64,000 nt of DNA. Source: an uncultured Pseudomonadales bacterium. GTDB lineage: Bacteria > Pseudomonadota > Gammaproteobacteria > Pseudomonadales > Azotimanducaceae. The stretch lies in NCBI GenBank assembly GCA_964651595.1, contig CAZYYJ010000015.1:12304-76303 (forward strand), read 5' to 3'. The translations under genes were made by a program, and so were the position numbers. The notes below the pieces were generated by a model. It had not been told where the DNA came from. It worked only from the letters and a program-made list of their open reading frames with translations, and did no database searches. Position 1 is the stretch's first letter; every line of letters begins with the position of its first letter. This document shows, one piece after another, positions 36,079 to 46,124 of the stretch.

Positions 36079-36987
36079 TTAACTCCGTAGCAGATTGGTT
36101 ATTGGCACCGTGATGCACGCCTGTGTATCAGCCAGTTGCTTGTCGCCAATGATCCCCTGAAACCAGGTGCTGCTGGCCAGATCGTGAAAGTACTGACTGC
36201 CCGGATAGTAAACCAGCATCGCCTGGTCGAATTTGTGATCGTGCTCCAGCGCTACCGTTGCTCCGATGTGCATCGGGCCGTAACGCAGGTCGGCCATCAA
36301 ACCGAGCATGGCTGAACCATAGGAATCATTGGCTGCTTGCTGTTCAGCGCTGCCGTTGCGGGCCAGATTGACAATCAGAATCGCATCGCGCCCCAGGCTG
36401 CTTGCGTGCTGCAGCAGTGCCGATGAGGCGCCGGCAGGATTCGGTTCCGAGCTTGGTTCAAAGGGCAGAACGTCCGGCGCAAACGTCACTCCCCGCCATA
36501 GCTTCATGGCCAGGAACATCTGGTGCAGCAACACGTTGAGGCTGGCAGAGCGCTCGAACCCGTGTGTGTATTTTGCCGCGAACTGCGCGAGAGCAGCCCC
36601 GATCTCCGGGCGCTTGAGGTAATCCCGATAGGCTTCCCGGCTGGCAAACTGCTGCAACAGGATTGCTTGCCACTCCAGAGACTCGCCAAAGGTCTGCGAA
36701 ATCTGCCGGGACCGAATGCCGGTGTGGATGACCTGGCCGGCGTAGATCAGCGTCGCCTCGGTGTCTGCTGCGGCATTCACCAGGGCTGTCAGTGGTGTCA
36801 TGTATGCCTCACTTTCGCGCGCGCGCACGAAAGTGAGGACGTGAAACGCGTCGCCATGGAACGGGTTCTGGTAGTCCTGTACGGCATTGAGCCGCGCATC
36901 CATGTAGTGGTTGTGCTGATTGACCATGAGCGCGATCACGATCAGAAGGAACACGAAGCCCAGCAAGCCGAGTGTTTTGATTTTCAC
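36079..36987 (-). CDS. hypothetical exported/membrane-anchored protein
   Basis: GTG start preceded by a GGAGGGAG Shine-Dalgarno. N-terminal hydrophobic anchor (LGLLGFVFLLIVIALMV). No recognisable family. Confidence 0.55.
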   Translation of the reverse strand: MKIKTLGLLGFVFLLIVIALMVNQHNHYMDARLNAVQDYQNPFHGDAFHVLTFVRARESEAYMTPLTALVNAAADTEATLIYAGQVIHTGIRSRQISQTFGESLEWQAILLQQFASREAYRDYLKRPEIGAALAQFAAKYTHGFERSASLNVLLHQMFLAMKLWRGVTFAPDVLPFEPSSEPNPAGASSALLQHASSLGRDAILIVNLARNGSAEQQAANDSYGSAMLGLMADLRYGPMHIGATVALEHDHKFDQAMLVYYPGSQYFHDLASSTWFQGIIGDKQLADTQACITVPITNLLRS

Positions 36988-37076
36988 GTCACTCCCTCCT
37001 CGGTGGGTTGGCCCTTCCGTTGCAATACTAACCCAACGCAGAGAGCGTGGTTGCAGACGGGGCACCGAGACCGAAT

Positions 37077-38129
37077 CTAACGGTCGATCTCGAGAACGAT
37101 GTTGCCGATATGGGTTTTCGTTTGGAACGCGCGTTGCGCGTCCGAGATGGAGGCGAGCGGATAGGTGGCAGCAACCAGCGGTAAAACCTGCTCCTGTTCA
37201 ATCAGCTTCAGGAGCTTGCCGAACACGGCTGGTTCCAGCACCGTGCACCCGAAGAAGCTCAGGTCTTTCAGGTACAACGTCCTGATATCGAGAGACACGA
37301 TCGGACCTGCGATAGCGCCAGCAACGGCGTAGCGGCCACCATGGCGAAGCACTTCCAGCAAGCCGGGCCAGGCAGCGCCAGCGACCAGATCGATCACCAC
37401 ATCTACGCTGTTCGCGCCAAGACTGACGGTGAGATCCTCGTCGCGCGTCATAGTTTGATCAGCCCCCAGCTCTCTCAGCTTGCCGGCTTTGGGCTCGCTG
37501 GTAACAGCGACAACTTCAGCACCTCGCGCTCTGGCCAGCTGGACGGCCGCCGAACCAACGCCACCCGATGCACCTGTAACGAGCACTCTGTCCTGTTCCG
37601 TCACGGCAGCGCGCGTCAGCATGTTTTCTGCGGTCGAATAGGAGCACGGGAATGTGGCCAGCTCCACGCTGGTATAGCGACTGTCGATCTTGTGCGCATG
37701 TCGAGATGCAACGACGGTGTATTGTGCAAAGCCTCCGTCGCACTCGGATCCGAAGTACCACGGCTTCTGCAGGACGTGTCCGTTTGCCTCCCGCAACAGA
37801 GGTTCGACGAGAACGCGCTCGCCGATGCGAGATTGGTCGACATCACTTCCCGCTTCTACGATCGATCCGCAGACGTCGGCGCCTTGAATGCGCGGAAACG
37901 TCAGCGGGTTTCCTGACCAGGTGGCGTCTGCTGCCTGCTGGCTGTTCTTTGAATACCAGGCCTGGCGTGTGTTGATGTCGGTGTTGTTCACGCCCGCCGC
38001 TGCAACACGAATCAGCACGTCACGAGGGCCCGGCCGCGGGATCGGAACGTTCTCTCGATAGACCAGGTTCTCAGGTCCCCCATGGCCTACGAGGACTGCT
38101 GCCTTCATCAATCGTGGAATGTCGACCAC
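37077..38129 (-). CDS. MDR-family zinc-type alcohol dehydrogenase / quinone oxidoreductase-like protein
   Basis: GroES-like N-terminal region and Rossmann GASGGVGS motif. Confidence 0.8.
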   Translation of the reverse strand: MVDIPRLMKAAVLVGHGGPENLVYRENVPIPRPGPRDVLIRVAAAGVNNTDINTRQAWYSKNSQQAADATWSGNPLTFPRIQGADVCGSIVEAGSDVDQSRIGERVLVEPLLREANGHVLQKPWYFGSECDGGFAQYTVVASRHAHKIDSRYTSVELATFPCSYSTAENMLTRAAVTEQDRVLVTGASGGVGSAAVQLARARGAEVVAVTSEPKAGKLRELGADQTMTRDEDLTVSLGANSVDVVIDLVAGAAWPGLLEVLRHGGRYAVAGAIAGPIVSLDIRTLYLKDLSFFGCTVLEPAVFGKLLKLIEQEQVLPLVAATYPLASISDAQRAFQTKTHIGNIVLEIDR

Positions 38130-38277
38130 CTGCTTTCCACACCGGATAAACCGGGTTGATGCTCGACGTTGGTGTCGACAGCGTCAAGCGCGCGCCCGCT
38201 TGCGCCTGTAGTGGTGGGTTGGCGTAAAGTGCAACGACGGCACATGCCGTTGAGTTCGGCCCTGCAGGAGGTGGAAG

Positions 38278-38997
38278 GTGGATACCAGCATTGAACCGGA
38301 ACAACACTACGCGAAGCATGGATATGCCGTTTTTCGCGATCAGCTGTCTCCGGCGCTGGTAGCGGATCTGACGCACGAGTACCGGAAGGTCCCCGAAACC
38401 TCGTATCTGCTGGAGCCGCATTTCCGTTCGTACCGTCACGTCTCGCAGCACAGTGAGCTGTTTCGCTCTCTTGCGCTGCGGGGCTTTTTTCCACAACTGG
38501 CGGCCGCGTTGATCGGTGTGCCTGCGGTTCGTCTCCTTTTCGATCAGTTCATCGTCAAACCGGCCGGGGTGGAAGGAACGCCATGGCATCAGGATCAACC
38601 GAGTCTGTGTTTCGACAGTTTTGGCATCTGCACTTTCTGGATTCCGCTGGTTGATATCCGCGTCGGGTCGGGCGGCGTGCAGTTCTTTCACGACGACCGA
38701 AGAGCAAAGGGACCAGTGGACGGTATTGGTTTGAGAGTAGAAACCACTAAGCAGGGGCTGAGCGCTCAATCCCTCCCGCTCGTAACAGGTTCTTTCACGG
38801 TGCACGATGGCTGGGCGATTCACCGGGCGGAAGCCAACGCCACGCCTAACGATCGCCCCGCCATCAATCTGGTTTACTTTGATGCCGGCGCGCGTGTGGA
38901 GGCGTTGTCCGGACGAGACTGGCGAGCGGCTCGCGACAAGTTTTTCCCGGGTCGGGAACCCGGAGACGTGGCTGACAACTGCCCGGTTGCCGGGTGA
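38278..38997 (+). CDS. phytanoyl-CoA dioxygenase (PhyH)-family protein
   Basis: PhyH-like N-terminus (HYAKHGYAVFRDQL) and WHQD...H iron-ligand pattern. Confidence 0.65.
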   Translation: MDTSIEPEQHYAKHGYAVFRDQLSPALVADLTHEYRKVPETSYLLEPHFRSYRHVSQHSELFRSLALRGFFPQLAAALIGVPAVRLLFDQFIVKPAGVEGTPWHQDQPSLCFDSFGICTFWIPLVDIRVGSGGVQFFHDDRRAKGPVDGIGLRVETTKQGLSAQSLPLVTGSFTVHDGWAIHRAEANATPNDRPAINLVYFDAGARVEALSGRDWRAARDKFFPGREPGDVADNCPVAG

Positions 38998-39034
38998 AAT
39001 CTCTCGTTCGCTCGGGTGTGACGGTGCGCGAGCG

Positions 39035-39421
39035 TTACGTCATTTCCATGAGCTGAACCAGGTTGCCGCAGGTGTTGTCCAGCACAGCCATGCGGACGGA
39101 ACCTGCATCTACGGGCGCCTGGGTGAACGTCACGCCGAGGCTGCTCAATCGCTCGTACTCGGCATCCAGGTTGTCCACCTGAAACGACGTCGCGGGGATG
39201 CCGTCGGCAACGAGGGCTTCCCGGTAGGGCCTGACGGCAGGATGTTCGCTGGGTTCCAGCAGCAGTTCGGGGCCATGAGGCGCGTCTGGAGAGACAAGGG
39301 TCAGCCAGCGATGCTTCCCCATGGGAACATCGTTTTTTACAACGAAACCGAGTTTTTCCGTATAGAAATCATGGGCTTGCGCCTGATTGTGGACAAATAC
39401 GCTCGTGATGTGGATTTTCAT
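39035..39421 (-). CDS. VOC/glyoxalase-family protein
   Basis: 128 aa. MKIHITSVFVHNQAQAHDFYTEKLGF is a typical glyoxalase-fold N-terminus. Confidence 0.75.
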   Translation of the reverse strand: MKIHITSVFVHNQAQAHDFYTEKLGFVVKNDVPMGKHRWLTLVSPDAPHGPELLLEPSEHPAVRPYREALVADGIPATSFQVDNLDAEYERLSSLGVTFTQAPVDAGSVRMAVLDNTCGNLVQLMEMT

Positions 39422-39480
39422 GGTTCCGGTTCTCTCAGAAAAGGCGTCGGCAATCGGCCGCCCTTATTTCAGCGACGAGG

Positions 39481-39903
39481 TCAGGTGTGGGCCACAGCAG
39501 TGAGTCGCCGGTGCGACAGCACGAGATACATGGCTACCGCCACGTCCACTAACGCACAGAATGCCGGATACCAGCTGAATACGCCCGGGTTGATAAAGAA
39601 GACGTCGTGATAGAAATCGTACAAGCCATGGCTGAACCAGCCGGCAGCGACGACGAGCAGCGTCCAGTGGGATCGTATGCGCCAGACCAGGAAGCCGGTA
39701 AGGGTGTATGGCACGCCATACAGCAGCTCTTTGAGAATGACTGAGCCATCCAGGGCCAGCATGCCGAACAACATGTAGTACACCGGCAGGGTAGCAAGGA
39801 ACAGCGGCCAGGCAGCCGAATCCCACTGCCTTTTGCGGATGAGATAGATGGTGGGAATGATGAACACAATCCCGACAATCATGCCGATGACGTCAGGCGA
39901 CAC
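39481..39903 (-). CDS. hypothetical small membrane protein
   Basis: 4 predicted TM helices. Start overlaps the GST stop by 11 nt. Confidence 0.5.
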   Translation of the reverse strand: MSPDVIGMIVGIVFIIPTIYLIRKRQWDSAAWPLFLATLPVYYMLFGMLALDGSVILKELLYGVPYTLTGFLVWRIRSHWTLLVVAAGWFSHGLYDFYHDVFFINPGVFSWYPAFCALVDVAVAMYLVLSHRRLTAVAHT

Positions 39904-40813
39904 GTTTGAGGACCTCTTTTTTCAGTCCGATACCGAACAAGTGTTCAACGCCGGCCTTGACGCGGAAAGCTGTGCTCATGGTCTTGTGTCTGCCCATGAC
40001 GCCTTCGCGGAAAGACGGACGTTGAGAGATTCGCTGGAACCAGGAGAAGTAGGCCGGAAACAGCTCGTCGAACGGGTAGTCGCACTCGATCAAGCGAAGG
40101 GTTTTCATGGCCCAGATGATATCTGCCATTGTCAGCTCGTTGCCGGTCATGAAGCTTCTTCCATCCTGCAATCGCTGCTCGTGCGCCTGAAATGCCGCGT
40201 TCAGTTTGTCCAGATGTTCCATGTACACCGTGTCGGGAATCGAACGGTTGTCGTAGCCCGTGTAGAAACTGACGAGTTTCTCGCCGTCGTCAGCGTCTCT
40301 GAGCAGGGCCTTCAAGTGTGCCTCCTCCGCGCTCGACAGGCGAGCGAGCCCTCGAAGCCCCCAGCGGAACGTCACGAAGCGGATTGAGCGATGCAGGGCT
40401 TTGCCCAGATCGGTCAGGGCCTGGGCATCGGCCATCACTTCCGGGTTGTGCTTCGGCACCAGCGGGGTGCCACCGAACGCGTCATCGAGGTAGGCCACGA
40501 TATCCATGGATTCGATGTGCAGCTCACCGTCGTGCACAAGCGCGGGCACTACCAGGTTGGGTTGGATCTGAGCGTAGGTTTCGGTCATGTGTTCTTTCTT
40601 CACCAGCGATACCTGCCTGCTTACCCAGGCGCCATCCTGACCGGCGAGGGAGGCGGCATCGTCCGCATCAAAGCGAACTTCCCGCCCGCGTACCAGGCCC
40701 TTCTCGTGCAGGGCAAAGCGAACCCGCTGAGCGCACGGGGCCGCATCGAAGTGAAACAGGTGCACACCTTCCAGTTTGTCGACGATCGGGCTTTCTGGAT
40801 TTTCGATCTTCAT
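39893..40813 (-). CDS. glutathione S-transferase-family protein
   Basis: Thioredoxin-like N-terminal GST domain and helical C-terminal domain. ~300 aa, larger than classical GSTs. Confidence 0.75.
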   Translation of the reverse strand: MKIENPESPIVDKLEGVHLFHFDAAPCAQRVRFALHEKGLVRGREVRFDADDAASLAGQDGAWVSRQVSLVKKEHMTETYAQIQPNLVVPALVHDGELHIESMDIVAYLDDAFGGTPLVPKHNPEVMADAQALTDLGKALHRSIRFVTFRWGLRGLARLSSAEEAHLKALLRDADDGEKLVSFYTGYDNRSIPDTVYMEHLDKLNAAFQAHEQRLQDGRSFMTGNELTMADIIWAMKTLRLIECDYPFDELFPAYFSWFQRISQRPSFREGVMGRHKTMSTAFRVKAGVEHLFGIGLKKEVLKRVA

Positions 40814-40829
40814 TTCAATTCTCCGCTGT

Positions 40830-40851
40830 ATTTATGTACCGTATCGCATAA
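40830..40851 (+). promoter_or_regulatory. candidate TetR operator (inverted repeat) in the GST/tetR divergent intergenic region
   Basis: TTTATG-N10-CATAAA inverted repeat. Confidence 0.35.
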
Positions 40852-40892
40852 AATAAATGGCGGTCAACGATTAATTTGCGAAAAGGTACAAA

Positions 40893-41483
40893 ATGACCAG
40901 GGGCAGACCAAGAAAGTTCGATGAGGACGAGGCGCTGAATGGCGCGATGCGGCTGTTCTGGGAAAAAGGCCTGTCGGCGACTTCTCTCGATGAGCTGTCT
41001 CAAGCCATGAAGATGAAGCGCCCCAGCATCTACAACGCCTTCGGGAACAAAGACGAAATCTACCGCAAAGCGCTAGGCCGCTTCTGCGGCCAGCTGGACC
41101 AGGGCATGGCGGAAACCTTCGACAGCATGCCCGATCTGCGGGAAGGTCTGCGCGCTTTCTTCGATCGCGCCATTGACGTCTATAGTGGTACCGATCCAGC
41201 CATGGGGTGTCTGATGATATGCACGGCGCCCGCAGAAGCGTTTTCGCATCCGGAGGTTGGTGAAGACCTGCGCAGTCTCATAGCGCGGCTCGACCGGGGG
41301 TTTGCGCGGCGCCTGCGCAGAGCGCAGAAAGAAAACGCCTTTCCGGCAGATGGAAGTCCTGAGCTGACGGCTTCTCTCTTTCAGGCAACGTTGCAGACCG
41401 TGGCCCTCAGAGCCAGGACCGGAAGCTCTAAACAGGCGTTGCGGAAGATTGCGTTCTTCGCCGTCGAGAGACTGACAGCCTGA
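40893..41483 (+). CDS. TetR-family transcriptional regulator
   Basis: N-terminal HTH (LFWEKGLSATSLDELSQAMKMKRPSIYNAFGNKDEIY). Confidence 0.85.
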   Translation: MTRGRPRKFDEDEALNGAMRLFWEKGLSATSLDELSQAMKMKRPSIYNAFGNKDEIYRKALGRFCGQLDQGMAETFDSMPDLREGLRAFFDRAIDVYSGTDPAMGCLMICTAPAEAFSHPEVGEDLRSLIARLDRGFARRLRRAQKENAFPADGSPELTASLFQATLQTVALRARTGSSKQALRKIAFFAVERLTA

Positions 41484-41547
41484 TTGTGCCGGTACATCGT
41501 TACGCGGGTTTGCTAGGCTGAAAGAAGCGCCGTAAGGCAGGCACCGT

Positions 41548-43533
41548 ATGCCACCGACAGATCCCGGCCAACGAGCCACTCAAGTTCCCGAGTCGCCCGA
41601 CAGCAGGCTTGCCCGGCTGGAGCGCGAGAACGCCATGCTGCGCGCTGCCATCCGTGCTTGTCCTGCCGGCATTCTCATCGCGAGCGCCCCGGACGGTGTC
41701 ATACAGGAGTGGAACCCGGCGGCTCTGGGCATCCGTGGTGCCGAAGCCGCCGAATTGACACAGATTCCTCTGGCTCAGCATCCCGACCAATGGCAGACCT
41801 TTCACCCGAGCGGAGAGATTTACGCGCCTGAAGATCTGCCGCTGTCGCGGGCATTGCTGAAAGGGGAAGTGGTGGATGGCGACGAGGTGATCATTCGCGA
41901 CACCTCGGGCGCCGACCGCTGGGTGTTGGGGCATGCGGCCCCGGTGTACGACGACCATGGGAATTTGATCGCAGGGGTTGTGGTGTTCCCGGACGTTACC
42001 GAGCGCATGCACATCGAGCGCCAGGCGCGCCGGCTGCAGGCGATGATAGAGGCGACCCCCAGCGCAGTGATTCAGGCGAACCTGGATGGCACGGTGGATT
42101 ATCTCAATCCGGCCGCTTATGCGATGTGTAAGTTGCCGGAGACGACGGCGCCCGGCGACGTGCAGCTGCGCGATCTGTTTACCGTGGCGGGTGCGCGGGT
42201 TGTCTTCGAAGATTGTTTGCCCGCTGCGCTGCGGGATGGTTTCTGTCGCCTGGAAGCCGAACTGGCGGCTGCGGACGGTGTAACAGTGCCCGTGAGCGGT
42301 CTGGTTACCGTCACTGCAGACGACCGGGGCGAGCTCAATCAGCTTTCGCTGATCGTGGGTGACGTATCGGAGATTCGTCGCCTCGAGGCGCAGTTTGCTC
42401 AGAGTCAGCGTATGGAGGCCATCGGGCGCCTTGCCGGTGGCGTAGCCCATGATTTCAATAATCTGCTGACCCTGATCATCAACTACACGTTGATGACTCA
42501 GGAGACCCTGGAGCCCGGGTCGCCGGGCCATGACGACCTGGAGCAGGTAGTGATGGCGTCCGAGCGCGCTGCAGATCTGTGCCGCAACCTGCTTGGCTTT
42601 GCGCGCCGGCAGATCATCGAACCCAAAATTCTCCATCTGGGCGACGTCATCGCCGACATGGAGAAGCTGCTGCAGCGTTCTCTGGGTGAGGACGTGCGGT
42701 TGAAAACCGATATTGAACACCAGCTGTGGCGGGTGCGCATGGATCGGTCGCAGCTCGACCAGGTGCTCATCAACCTGGTGGTAAACGCCCGCGAGGCGAT
42801 GCCCGCCGGCGGTGAGCTGACGATCGCTGCCCGGAACGCGGTGCTGGATGAACGCTACGCGTCTGAGCACCCGGAGGTGGCGCCGGGTGAGTACGTGATG
42901 ATGACAGTGGCAGACACCGGGGTGGGTATCGGCCCGGAGTTGTTGCCGGTAGTGTTCGAACCGTTCTTTTCCACGAAGGAGCGCGGTCACTCCAGCGGTC
43001 TGGGCCTGGCGACGGTGCATGGCGCGGTGAAGCAGAACGGCGGGCAAATCGCCGTGCACTCCGAGCGCGACCAAGGCACCACGTTCGAACTGTATTGGCC
43101 CAGAGCCGAGGGCCTCGTGGAGCCCGCGGTGGATACGGATCTCACGGCGCGGGTCGATGCAGCAGGTGTGGTCATGGTGGTGGAAGACGAGGCGGAAATC
43201 CGCAAGCTTGCCGAAAAGCTCCTGGCTGACGCTGGCTATCAGGTGCTGGCCGCTTCGGACGGTCACACGGCGTTGCAGATGGAAGCCGACCACGACGGCG
43301 CCATTGACCTGCTGGTCACCGACGTGGTGCTGCCACACATGAATGGCAGGCAGGTCGCAGATGCCATGCGCTCGCGTCGGCCCGCGCTCAAAGTCCTGTT
43401 CATGTCGGGATACACCGAAGATGCGATTGTGGATCGCGGTGAGGTTGCCGGTGATCTGGAATTTCTGGCAAAACCGTTCGCGCGTGATGCGTTCCTGACA
43501 CGTGTGCGTGCGCTGGTTACCGAGGAGCCTTGA
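41548..43533 (+). CDS. hybrid sensor histidine kinase/response regulator with PAS domains
   Basis: PAS repeats, H-box (AHDFNNLLT), HATPase N/G boxes (VVNAREAM, DTGVGI, GSGLGLA), C-terminal receiver domain (VVEDE...D...K). Confidence 0.85.
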   Translation: MPPTDPGQRATQVPESPDSRLARLERENAMLRAAIRACPAGILIASAPDGVIQEWNPAALGIRGAEAAELTQIPLAQHPDQWQTFHPSGEIYAPEDLPLSRALLKGEVVDGDEVIIRDTSGADRWVLGHAAPVYDDHGNLIAGVVVFPDVTERMHIERQARRLQAMIEATPSAVIQANLDGTVDYLNPAAYAMCKLPETTAPGDVQLRDLFTVAGARVVFEDCLPAALRDGFCRLEAELAAADGVTVPVSGLVTVTADDRGELNQLSLIVGDVSEIRRLEAQFAQSQRMEAIGRLAGGVAHDFNNLLTLIINYTLMTQETLEPGSPGHDDLEQVVMASERAADLCRNLLGFARRQIIEPKILHLGDVIADMEKLLQRSLGEDVRLKTDIEHQLWRVRMDRSQLDQVLINLVVNAREAMPAGGELTIAARNAVLDERYASEHPEVAPGEYVMMTVADTGVGIGPELLPVVFEPFFSTKERGHSSGLGLATVHGAVKQNGGQIAVHSERDQGTTFELYWPRAEGLVEPAVDTDLTARVDAAGVVMVVEDEAEIRKLAEKLLADAGYQVLAASDGHTALQMEADHDGAIDLLVTDVVLPHMNGRQVADAMRSRRPALKVLFMSGYTEDAIVDRGEVAGDLEFLAKPFARDAFLTRVRALVTEEP

Positions 43534-43577
43534 GCGTCTGGGACCCTCGGTACCCTGAAAAGCCGGCCTGGCGCCGG

Positions 43578-43955
43578 CTAGAGCAGAGGCAACCCGTAGG
43601 CGGCAGCCAGTCCCAGCAGCCACATGGCACCTGCCATGACAACAAAGCGGCCGTTCCAGCGTTGCGCGCGTGCGCAGGCGGCGGCGAGCTCGGGATCCGC
43701 GGGACAGCGCCGTCCAGGCCGGTATACAGCCCAGACAGCGCCGGCGATCAACAACCCAGACAGGCTGAACACCCAGACTTTGTGAAGGCTCAGCGTCACC
43801 AGCCATGGAGCTGCGCTCACCATGGCTGCGACCGCAGCGCCGAAGCCCAGCGCCACCAGGGTGATGGGAACGGCGCAGCACACCAGGGTGGTGGCGGTTG
43901 TGAACAGCAGCACCCATGTCCACCGTCGCGGGGCGCGAGCGTTCTCCGCAGCCAC
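43578..43955 (-). CDS. MerT-like metal-ion transport membrane protein
   Basis: TM1 with vicinal Cys pair (LVCCAVPITLVALGFGAAV, cf. MerT CCLGPLVLIALGFSGAW) and a cytoplasmic-loop Cys pair (CPADPELAAAC). GTG start overlaps the upstream stop (TAGTG). Confidence 0.6.
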   Translation of the reverse strand: MAAENARAPRRWTWVLLFTTATTLVCCAVPITLVALGFGAAVAAMVSAAPWLVTLSLHKVWVFSLSGLLIAGAVWAVYRPGRRCPADPELAAACARAQRWNGRFVVMAGAMWLLGLAAAYGLPLL

Positions 43956-44605
43956 TAGAACACCCACCCGATGCCGACGTTTACGAAGCCACCGCGCCAG
44001 TTGCTGTCGCGTTCGTAGGCGAGATGTTTGTACTCTGCCCGAAGCATCATGTTCCGATTGAAGTACACGAAGACCGGGCCCGTCTGCACGCGATCGCCGT
44101 CTTCGCTGGTTAACGCGGAGATGTCCCACAAGGCGAAGCGACCGCTGCCTGTGCCGGGGAAGGCGAAACCGAAGTTGATATCGACGCCGGTGCGGTCGCC
44201 CCAGGAGTACACGTCATAAAGCTGGTAGAACGATGCTGTTTCGGTGCTGTAGGAGATACTCACGCCCGTGTCCCATGCACCGCTCTCGCTGGTGGGTAGC
44301 TGTACCGAGGGGGTAAAGCTCCAGTTGCCGGTTCTGGGGCCTTCGTTGAAGTACTTCTTCAATGGCAGACCCAGGATGAGATCGCCGAGTCCGTCGTCGC
44401 GATAAGGCAGCTTGAACGTGGCGCGAATGGACCTGTCCCAGGTGTACACACCCTCCAGCCAGGTAGTTGTGACGCCGTCGAATCGCTCGACCCGGGTCTG
44501 TATCCCGTAGCCACCGTCCCAGCGCGGGGCCATGTCCATCACGGGTTGATGAGCCAGAACGCCGCTGCTGGCCGCAAGCAGCAGCGCGGCGACGCTAACT
44601 CTCAC
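43955..44605 (-). CDS. outer-membrane beta-barrel protein (hypothetical)
   Basis: Signal peptide AALLLAASSGVLA. Alternating amphipathic pattern with C-terminal aromatic residue (GIGWVF). Confidence 0.55.
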   Translation of the reverse strand: MRVSVAALLLAASSGVLAHQPVMDMAPRWDGGYGIQTRVERFDGVTTTWLEGVYTWDRSIRATFKLPYRDDGLGDLILGLPLKKYFNEGPRTGNWSFTPSVQLPTSESGAWDTGVSISYSTETASFYQLYDVYSWGDRTGVDINFGFAFPGTGSGRFALWDISALTSEDGDRVQTGPVFVYFNRNMMLRAEYKHLAYERDSNWRGGFVNVGIGWVF

Positions 44606-44936
44606 TGGTAAGACTCGTCAGAGAGCCATCGGCGGCGCGCTCGAACAATTCAATGGGTTCATAGCCGCCATCTTTGATGGCGCGGTAGAGCGCCTGCCTG
44701 TCGAGGGTGGCGCCGGGTTTCACAGCGACGGTAACGCGTTGGTTTTCTATCGCGACCAGTACCCCTTTGTTGTACCTGGAGCGGTCTACGAAGGGGAGTC
44801 TGGCGACTTTCTTGGATACGCCGAGCGCACAGAACTCACAGACGATGCCGTGTACGTGAACGACGTAGTCCCGGGCGTGCGCATCGTTGGCGAGGAGCGC
44901 CAGCAGCAACGCCAGCGCGCGAATGCAGTTAGACAT
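44595..44936 (-). CDS. periplasmic heavy-metal-associated (HMA) domain protein, MerP/CopZ-like
   Basis: Signal peptide plus metal-binding GIVCEFCA (xxCxxC) in a ferredoxin-like HMA fold. Confidence 0.7.
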   Translation of the reverse strand: MSNCIRALALLLALLANDAHARDYVVHVHGIVCEFCALGVSKKVARLPFVDRSRYNKGVLVAIENQRVTVAVKPGATLDRQALYRAIKDGGYEPIELFERAADGSLTSLTSES

Positions 44937-44985
44937 GACAATACCTTTCGTTTGATTGGGTTCGGGGCAGAGCCCCGGCGGTCAA

Positions 44986-45330
44986 CTACGAAAGGTGGGC
45001 GATTGGAGGGCGAAAGAGCGTTTCGGGGGCCGCGAGCATGAGCGGTCGAGCCGGAGCGGTCGCGGGTACGGGCGGCAGGTGCAGCCCTGGCTGAATCGGC
45101 TCTGGATGTTGCAGTGCGGGGAGACACATCAGGCAGCATTCGCCGGCGGCATGCTCATCGCCCTGCGGGTCCTGCTCACCCGCGCCGCGGTCCATCTGAT
45201 GGCAGGGCGGCTGAGGCGCGGCGTCGTCTTCAGCAGGCGCAAAGCAGCACGCGCCGTACGCGCTGAACGAGTTCAGCAGGAACAACACGGCCGCAAACTG
45301 CAGCCAGACTTTGCCGGATGGGACCTTCAT
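44986..45330 (-). CDS. hypothetical small secreted Cys/His-rich protein
   Basis: Signal peptide; CC...C...CC..C pattern. Weak call in a GC-rich region. Confidence 0.35.
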   Translation of the reverse strand: MKVPSGKVWLQFAAVLFLLNSFSAYGACCFAPAEDDAAPQPPCHQMDRGAGEQDPQGDEHAAGECCLMCLPALQHPEPIQPGLHLPPVPATAPARPLMLAAPETLFRPPIAHLS

Positions 45331-45471
45331 GCGGCGATTTCACCATGCCTCGTGGGAAAAGTCCGCTAACTCCGTAGCAAAAACGCCAGAATTTGAAGAA
45401 TTTGAGGACACCAGGCTTACAGAGTGCGTGCTTTGGCTTACAGCCGTGTGAGCCGGATTTTGTGTGTGTCC

Positions 45472-46104
45472 TCAACTGGCTTGTACGTTGTGAGACGCCG
45501 GCCAGCGGCTGTGCAGGGCCTGGTAGAGCAGCGGGGCGAACGAACCAAGGATCAGGGCGAATACAACCCAGCCCCAGGGGTTACGGCCGTTGGCGCGGGC
45601 GTCCTGCATCAGCCACGCCAGCCAGAACACGATCATGATCACCAGGTCCACCCAGATCTGGACGTTTGACCACGAGTGCATCACCACGCCGGGCACGTCG
45701 GTGCCGTCAACGACGAGAGCTGCGATCGTCAGCAGGGCGAAGAGCGCGAAAGCGACGGTGGCGCCCACGCGGCGGGACGTGGCAGATCCGCCGCCGTTCT
45801 GCGCGCCCGGCGATGCCGGCCAGCGTTCGTAGACGATGATGTAGATCAGGGGCACGAAGGCGCCGAAAATCAGGGCGCCCACAATCCATGGCCAGGGATT
45901 GCGGCCTGCCGCCCGCGCTTCCGGCACGAGCCAGGCGCACCAGATCACCATGGCCAGCACCAGATCCAGCCAGATCTGCAGGGAAATCAGGTTGTAGGTG
46001 ATGGCATTCGGGAAGCCGTTCGTGCCGTCGGCTACCATGGCCAGAATGGTGAGTGCGGCAAAAGGAATCAGGGCGATGATGGCGCCGGTACGAAGGCTGA
46101 GCAT
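45472..46104 (-). CDS. hypothetical membrane protein with internal tandem duplication
   Basis: Two ~100-aa halves with the same pattern (...QIW-DLV-..W-AWL..-ARAxGRNPW-W.VGALIFG.F.PL-Y). Confidence 0.55.
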   Translation of the reverse strand: MLSLRTGAIIALIPFAALTILAMVADGTNGFPNAITYNLISLQIWLDLVLAMVIWCAWLVPEARAAGRNPWPWIVGALIFGAFVPLIYIIVYERWPASPGAQNGGGSATSRRVGATVAFALFALLTIAALVVDGTDVPGVVMHSWSNVQIWVDLVIMIVFWLAWLMQDARANGRNPWGWVVFALILGSFAPLLYQALHSRWPASHNVQAS

Positions 46105-46124
46105 GGCCGATATCTCACGAGGTT

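Noticed and set aside
41500-43923. 807-aa minus-strand ORF
   Set aside because: Antisense to the hybrid histidine kinase gene, which carries clear H-box, HATPase and receiver motifs.
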